A stretch of DNA of 48,800 bases. Source: an uncultured Ardenticatenaceae bacterium (lineage in GTDB: Bacteria; Chloroflexota; Anaerolineae; Promineifilales; Promineifilaceae). The notes below the pieces were generated by a model. The model saw only the letters and a list, made by a program, of their open reading frames with translations, did no database searches and had not been told where the DNA came from. Positions within the stretch are counted from its first letter, which is position 1, and each line of letters opens with the position of its first letter. Of this stretch, positions 44,134-48,800 are shown one piece after another. The position numbers were made by a program, and so were the translations under genes. Where the stretch lies: the NCBI GenBank assembly GCA_964466135.1, contig CAYXNH010000001.1, forward strand, positions 1,269 through 50,068, given 5' to 3'.

Positions 44134-46638
44134 TTAGCCGACACCGTAGGCCGGAACTTCCACCTGGCGGCCGCCGCTCTCCGCCAGATAGTGTGGCACC
44201 CAGGCCACGCCAAACATGACCACGCGCACGTCCGTCTTCTTCGGCGCGACGGGGATCTCATTCGTCTCGGCAATCAGCCCGTCGTACTTTTCTCTAACCT
44301 CATTGAGCGCCACTTCTATTTCCTCTTGCAGGCTGTCGATCTGCTTCTTAAAGTCTTCGATGGCGCTTTCCGACTCCTTCACTTTGGCTTCAGCGTTCTC
44401 GGCCATGCGCCGTTTGGAGAGCGAAGAGCTTAGGCTGCGACGCTTGCCGCCAAGAAAGCCCAACAGTGTCTCGGCGTGCTTCATGTATTCTTCGCCGCGA
44501 CGAGACTTGAGGTCCGCCTCCTCTTTGTTCAGCTTGCTCTCCTCGCGCTTCAGCTTGTCTTCCAGTGAGCGTTTCCGGGTGTCGAATTTGGCCGTGACCT
44601 TGTCCAGCTCCGTCCGCATCAGGTCGTCGGCCGCCTCCCGGCACATCTTTTCGTACTCTTCGTCGCTGACATCCGGCCCGGCGTAAACCTTCAGTTTGTC
44701 GTTGGCTCGAATATTGACCGCACCGTTGCGGACGACATAATCGGTGAAATCAGCCTCCAGCGACTTCATCTGCCGGGCGTCGGCCAGCGGCCCGCTGAGC
44801 GAGGCGAAGCGGGCATCGCGCAGGGGCGCGCGGTCGAGTTTCCGATCATCTACCGGCGGGTTGTGGTTATCCTCCCAGCGAATGATGGCCTGCGGGTCCG
44901 GCTCGGGGATGAGGGCGGTCCAGACGGTATCGGTGTTCAGGTTATATCGGGCATTGGCCAACCGCACCTCGGCCTGGGCCAGCAGCGCCGGGCGATAGAG
45001 AATGCCCGATTCGCGCGTTCCGGCGTCCAGATTGTAGCGATGCTCGGCGGCCGCCTCGGTCAGCGACAGATTGGCCGGCAGGAGATACTCTCCCGCGCCG
45101 GCAGGCACGGGCGGACGGGTCATCGTCCCGACCGGATCAGGCGCGGCAGTCGCGGCCGGTTGAGATGGGGGAGCGCCGGCCATGGCCGGGCGGGCTTGCG
45201 GTGACGCGGCCGATGCTGCCGGTTGCGCCCGCTCCGCGCCAACCAGTGCGTTTAACGCTGGGATTTGCGTCCGCGTCAATGGACCGGCCAGATAGTTCAT
45301 GGCCCAGCGGGTCTGGAACAGCATCGGCTTTTTCTCATGGACATTGCGCATGACGAAAACGCGCTTGCCGATGCCGGAGATGAGCCGATCCAGCTCCTTG
45401 ATGTCCACCGCTCCGGTGGTGGCGCTGGTCAGGCCGTCGAGCAATCGGGCCTTGTCCTGTTCGGTGCCCAGTTTGCCGATGAACCACGTCCCGGTGTTGG
45501 ACAAACCTTTATAGTCGATATCGACCGGGTTCTGCGTGGCCAGCAACATGCCGACGCCGAAGGCGCGGGCCTGCTTCAGCATGCGCAGCATGACCGTTTT
45601 CGACGGCGGATTGCCCAGCGGCGGCATATAGCCGAATATCTCGTCGAAGTAGACCAGCGCGCGCAATGAGGTCGTGCCGCTCTGGGCGCGCATCCAGGTC
45701 TCGATGTTGGAGTAGAGCAGCGTGACGAAGAACATTCGCTCTTCCTCGCTGAGGTGGGCGATGTAGAAGATGGAGTGGCGGGGACGGCCGTCGGCCGTGT
45801 AGAGCAAGGACTGTATGTCGAGCGGATCGCCCTCCATCCACGTCTGGAAGCTGGGCGAGGCCAACATGCTGTTGATGCGCATGGCCAACCCAAAGCGATC
45901 CTTCTCGGGAAAGAATGAGTTCACATCCAAAACACCCAGTTTGGCAAAGGGCGGCGTCTGAACCTGCATGATCAGTTCGCCCAGATCGAGGCTGTGGCCC
46001 TGTTTCCAGGCGTTGGCCATGATGTTGGAGAGCAGGATGTGTTCGCGGCTCTGAACCGGGTCGATCTCCTTCATGCCGGTCAGGCTGAGCAGAGCCGTCA
46101 CTGTGCCGCTGATTTGCTCGCCCAGAACTTCCTCATTGCCCTCCCACGGCAAGGCCGGCACGCCCAGCGAGGCCATGATGCTGAGGGGTACGCCGGCCGT
46201 CGCGCCGGGGGTATAGACGGTGAACTGAACGCTATCGGCCAAAGCCTGCAGTCGATCAGGCTCGATGCCCCAATCGGCCAACCCCTTCTTCCACATGGCG
46301 GCTGTATCGGTCGCAACCTGCTCCTCCGATTTGCCTTCTTTCCGGGCCTGGTCGGCGTTGATCCATGGCTGAAAGTCGCTTGGCAACAAATTGGGAAAGT
46401 GCAGCAGCAGGTTGGTCAGATCGCCCTTGGGATCGATCATCAGCGCGGGCACTCGATTGAGGGCTGCCTCTTCCAGCAGGCCAACGCATAAGCCGGTCTT
46501 GCCTGAGCCGGTCATGCCAACGACGACGGCATGGGTCGTCAGGTCTTCAGAGTCGTATTGCAGCGCCTCATCAGTTAACTTGGTCGTCTGAGGGTCCCAC
46601 ACCTTGCCCAGATAATACTTGCCATCCATCGTTGTCAT
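44134..46638 (-). CDS. HerA/FtsK-like (DUF87) ATPase with C-terminal coiled coil
   Basis: Walker A GMTGSGKT, IDPKGD, Walker B YFDE, LKQARAFGVG...ATQNP.D.DY; GGAGG SD favours ATG 46638. Confidence 0.85.
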   Translation of the reverse strand: MTTMDGKYYLGKVWDPQTTKLTDEALQYDSEDLTTHAVVVGMTGSGKTGLCVGLLEEAALNRVPALMIDPKGDLTNLLLHFPNLLPSDFQPWINADQARKEGKSEEQVATDTAAMWKKGLADWGIEPDRLQALADSVQFTVYTPGATAGVPLSIMASLGVPALPWEGNEEVLGEQISGTVTALLSLTGMKEIDPVQSREHILLSNIMANAWKQGHSLDLGELIMQVQTPPFAKLGVLDVNSFFPEKDRFGLAMRINSMLASPSFQTWMEGDPLDIQSLLYTADGRPRHSIFYIAHLSEEERMFFVTLLYSNIETWMRAQSGTTSLRALVYFDEIFGYMPPLGNPPSKTVMLRMLKQARAFGVGMLLATQNPVDIDYKGLSNTGTWFIGKLGTEQDKARLLDGLTSATTGAVDIKELDRLISGIGKRVFVMRNVHEKKPMLFQTRWAMNYLAGPLTRTQIPALNALVGAERAQPAASAASPQARPAMAGAPPSQPAATAAPDPVGTMTRPPVPAGAGEYLLPANLSLTEAAAEHRYNLDAGTRESGILYRPALLAQAEVRLANARYNLNTDTVWTALIPEPDPQAIIRWEDNHNPPVDDRKLDRAPLRDARFASLSGPLADARQMKSLEADFTDYVVRNGAVNIRANDKLKVYAGPDVSDEEYEKMCREAADDLMRTELDKVTAKFDTRKRSLEDKLKREESKLNKEEADLKSRRGEEYMKHAETLLGFLGGKRRSLSSSLSKRRMAENAEAKVKESESAIEDFKKQIDSLQEEIEVALNEVREKYDGLIAETNEIPVAPKKTDVRVVMFGVAWVPHYLAESGGRQVEVPAYGVG

Positions 46639-46758
46639 GCTCAAAAAACCTCCACCGTCATTTTACCCGATGCCGCGCGATGTGTCATCGAATGTGGCGG
46701 CCGCCAATTAGGCGATTGCCCTGGTGCAACCGGGAGTTCGACGACGAACACCAACAAC

Positions 46759-46903
46759 CAGGCCCCCTCCCCCCCGGATTTAATTGATCTTGTTGACCAA
46801 ATTGCATAATTCGTCGGGCTTGGGGATTTAAATCAATAATATCTATATATTCAATATGATCGGAGGGGGTAGGGCCTGTAGCGCACGCTGTCAGCTTGCC
46901 GAC
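46759..46903. repeat. Imperfect ~20-bp inverted repeat around an AT-rich core, abutting a degenerate GTAG REP
   Basis: CAGGCCCCCTCCCCCCCGGAT (46759-79) ... ATCGGAGGGGGTAGGGCCTG (46859-78); GTAGCGCACGCTGTCAGCTTGC from 46878. Confidence 0.5.
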
Positions 46904-47065
46904 CAGGCAACCCGCGCGGCCGCGGAGGACGAGATGACGACGAATCCAGCCGTACCGCGTGACGGTGGTGGCCTTGCCGCCGCCTCGCCCCTGCGTGATC
47001 CGGATACGGGAATTACCACAGGAGGTGGGCAACGTCCTCAAGTGATCTGTCCTCCCAAAATCGCG

Positions 47066-47701
47066 TTACAACGCGCCTGTGGCGATGAGCAGGGTAAAGA
47101 CCGTGACGAACCAGTGGATGAGCCAGGGATAGACGAAGGAGCGCGTCTGCCAGGCGATGTAACCGAAGGCCATGCCGCCGAAGATCGTGCTCAGGGTCTC
47201 GATCTCCGGCTTGCCCAGATGCATGAACGCGAAGGGCACCGCCTGCAGGGCAATGGCCGGCCCCGGCCCGAAGGCCCGCGCGAAAGCGAAAAGCGCCAAC
47301 CCGCGCCAGATGAACTCCCAACCGAACAGTTCCACACCGTTCAGGAAGACGGCTCGGCCGAGGCCATGAGGAGCTTTGGTCTTGTAGAAGCTTAGCATGA
47401 TCGGGTCGCGGGCGACGAACCACAGGATGGCGGCCATGGCGGCGCAGGCGACGAAGGTATAGATCAAGCCTCGCCGCCAGTCGCCCCATCGGAAGCCGAA
47501 GTTGGCCGGCGGCTCGCGATAGACGATCCGAATGAACAGCGCCGATCCGATGAAGTAGAAGATGAACCGATCCCAGGCCTTGACGCCGGTGGGACTGTGC
47601 TGGTAGAAGTCGAGGATGGGCACAATGGTGCAGAAGATGATGAGCAGCGTCAGCCGGATATCGAACTCGACGCCGCCGATGGTGATACGGCCGTCTTTCA
47701 T
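47066..47701 (-). CDS. CPBP (CAAX/Abi) family intramembrane glutamic endopeptidase
   Basis: WEFIWRG, FAFMH.GKP..E, GG..FG......RS......IHW; multiple TM helices. Confidence 0.88.
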   Translation of the reverse strand: MKDGRITIGGVEFDIRLTLLIIFCTIVPILDFYQHSPTGVKAWDRFIFYFIGSALFIRIVYREPPANFGFRWGDWRRGLIYTFVACAAMAAILWFVARDPIMLSFYKTKAPHGLGRAVFLNGVELFGWEFIWRGLALFAFARAFGPGPAIALQAVPFAFMHLGKPEIETLSTIFGGMAFGYIAWQTRSFVYPWLIHWFVTVFTLLIATGAL

Positions 47702-48024
47702 GGCGCGGGGGCGATGCCGACCAGTACAGTCAGGCGATGAGCGCTCTCATTGGTCACGCCATGGATGACGCCTGCGGGCGCCCATATCAGCTGCCCCTCC
47801 CCGGCGATGACGAACTCGTCGTCGACCTGAAAGCGCCCCTCCCCCTCGATGACGTAATAGAATTTGTCCTGTTCGGCATGACTGTGGGCCGCCTGAGTTT
47901 GCCCCGATTCCAGGCAGTTGAGGCCAAGCATCAGAGCATCGCCGCGAAAGAGCGTCGTCTTGAAATGTTTGTCCTCGCGCGTGCCTGCGTGATCGGACGG
48001 CCGGGTTATATAGTCCATATTCAC
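47698..48024 (-). CDS. Cupin domain protein
   Basis: GQ.Q..HSH...DK.Y.VIEGEG, APAG..HG..N; SD GGAGG and TATAAT upstream. Confidence 0.9.
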   Translation of the reverse strand: MNMDYITRPSDHAGTREDKHFKTTLFRGDALMLGLNCLESGQTQAAHSHAEQDKFYYVIEGEGRFQVDDEFVIAGEGQLIWAPAGVIHGVTNESAHRLTVLVGIAPAP

Positions 48025-48052
48025 CTCCGGATCGATGAGGGATTATAACGAA

Positions 48053-48085
48053 ACGTGCCCTGTTTTTCGCAGAAACAGGGCACGT
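48053..48085. terminator. Hairpin terminator after the SWIM-like gene
   Basis: ACGTGCCCTGTTT ... AAACAGGGCACGT. Confidence 0.75.
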
Positions 48086-48113
48086 CTTGGTCTAAATTGT
48101 ATTCGGTTGTACG

Positions 48114-48362
48114 CTAGGCGGGAACGCCCATCTCGACCATGCTGCCGAGAATCCGTTCCATCGCCATGGTATGGCTGCACACCTGGTGTGAGCTGAAGTA
48201 GTTGCAGTCGCACTCCCAGCGACCGTTGTCATACCCTACATGGTGGGCAACGCCGTTGTCACCCAGCACACTCACACGAAGAGATTGAAATTGGATGCGG
48301 CTGTCTCGCTCTTCCGCGTAGTACTTAGCCTTTTCAATCTTGCCGATCATACCATAATCCAT
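48114..48362 (-). CDS. Small SWIM-type zinc-finger protein
   Basis: MDYGMIGKIEKAK.YA...W.CDC..F.....CSH..A (CxC...CxH); SD GAGGAG before ATG 48362. Confidence 0.8.
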   Translation of the reverse strand: MDYGMIGKIEKAKYYAEERDSRIQFQSLRVSVLGDNGVAHHVGYDNGRWECDCNYFSSHQVCSHTMAMERILGSMVEMGVPA

Positions 48363-48406
48363 GTTGTTTATCTCCTCATTACCTGCTAATGACCCTCGCT
48401 GCCGAT

Positions 48407-48436
48407 AAAACAAAAACGCACGCGGTCAGGCGTGCG
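48407..48436 (-). terminator. Intrinsic terminator in the 5' leader of the SWIM gene (attenuator candidate)
   Basis: CGCACGC-CTGACC-GCGTGCG-TTTTTGTTTT on the minus strand. Confidence 0.75.
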
Positions 48437-48437
48437 A

Positions 48438-48485
48438 TCACAGAACTATTCGATTGTTGGCTGCCGGAATTGTTTTCAGCCTCAT
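48438..48485 (-). CDS. Candidate leaderless leader peptide MRLKTIPAANNRIVL
   Basis: ATG follows the -10 box after a 6-nt spacer; TGA ends 1 nt before the terminator stem. Confidence 0.4.
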   Translation of the reverse strand: MRLKTIPAANNRIVL

Positions 48486-48491
48486 GATCAT

Positions 48492-48520
48492 AGTATACAA
48501 GGGCTACAGGGGCGGGTCAA
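48492..48520 (-). promoter_or_regulatory. Sigma70-type promoter
   Basis: TTGACC (48520-15) N17 TATACT (48497-92). Confidence 0.75.
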
Positions 48521-48651
48521 CGAGAATAGGCGACGATTTGCCTACGATCCGGGTGGCATTTTCGGGGCAATATTTTCCAGGCGTGGGCGGGCGTCAATGG
48601 GACGGATGGCGTGAGGTTAACCGTTGATTTCCCTGCCCATGAAAATCCGGG

Positions 48652-48800
48652 TCACTCACGGATGCCCACAGCCGGCAGGCGCAACACATCGTCGATCCAG
48701 TGGCCGTCGGGGGCGATCAGGTTAAGCGAACGGCCGGTGGCGGCATCCACCAGCGACAGCCGGACGGTGGGGTGCTCGCCCGCCGCCGGGTCGATGGGCA
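48652..48800 (-). CDS. 3' end of a gene entering from the right, probably another GT-C-type protein C-terminal domain
   Basis: Manual translation ...PIDPAAGEHPTVRLSLVDAATGRSLNLIAPDGHWIDDVLRLPAVGIRE*, which resembles the C-terminus of the DUF2723 protein at 9289. Confidence 0.6.
   Translation of the reverse strand, partial: PIDPAAGEHPTVRLSLVDAATGRSLNLIAPDGHWIDDVLRLPAVGIRE

Noticed and set aside
46685-47041. 118-aa minus-strand ORF in the ATPase-CPBP gap
   Set aside because: It reads through REP-like and AT-rich non-coding sequence (GKLTACAT is a REP-type translation) and has no protein motif
44134-47701. HerA + CPBP/Abi as an anti-phage island or conjugative element
   Set aside because: No nuclease, Sir2, relaxase, integrase or T4SS genes, and codon style is host-like

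Overview
A GC-rich, densely coded chromosomal window with no rRNA, tRNA, CRISPR array, prophage or intact transposon that I can see. Gene content (F420 enzymes, DUF2723/GT-C membrane proteins with a repeated C-terminal 'W.PGE.V.D' domain, many lipoproteins) points to Chloroflexota, probably Anaerolineae; this is inference. In order: a partial F420-dependent LLM oxidoreductase, trxA, ssnA-npdG-cofE, a stand-alone LbH acyltransferase, a STAS protein, a lipoprotein HtrA-like protease, a deoxynucleoside-kinase-like protein, a DUF2723 glycosyltransferase, cystathionine gamma-synthase/lyase, plsX-fabF, a livKHMGF operon followed by an OCD/mu-crystallin + FAD amino-acid oxidase pair, a fused double substrate-binding protein, plsY, a JAB peptidase, aspA-like lyase, an atypical ferredoxin, sodA, two membrane proteins and lepB. 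The main feature is an 11-gene bacterial microcompartment locus (36.5-43.4 kb) of the sugar-phosphate-utilisation (SPU) type: RpiB, DeoC and an acylating aldehyde dehydrogenase, each with a probable N-terminal encapsulation peptide, plus 1 BMC-H, 2 BMC-T and 3 BMC-P shell genes. Two unexpected genes sit inside it: a YgiT-type zinc finger and a protein with an ADP-ribosyltransferase-like motif order. The right end has MOSC, HerA-like ATPase, CPBP, cupin and a SWIM-like protein preceded by a leaderless uORF plus terminator. Non-coding signals include apparently leaderless genes, a repeated GACCTGACAGGT hairpin family, REP-like elements and a candidate anti-SD sRNA. All calls come from motif recognition by eye; no database searches were run.
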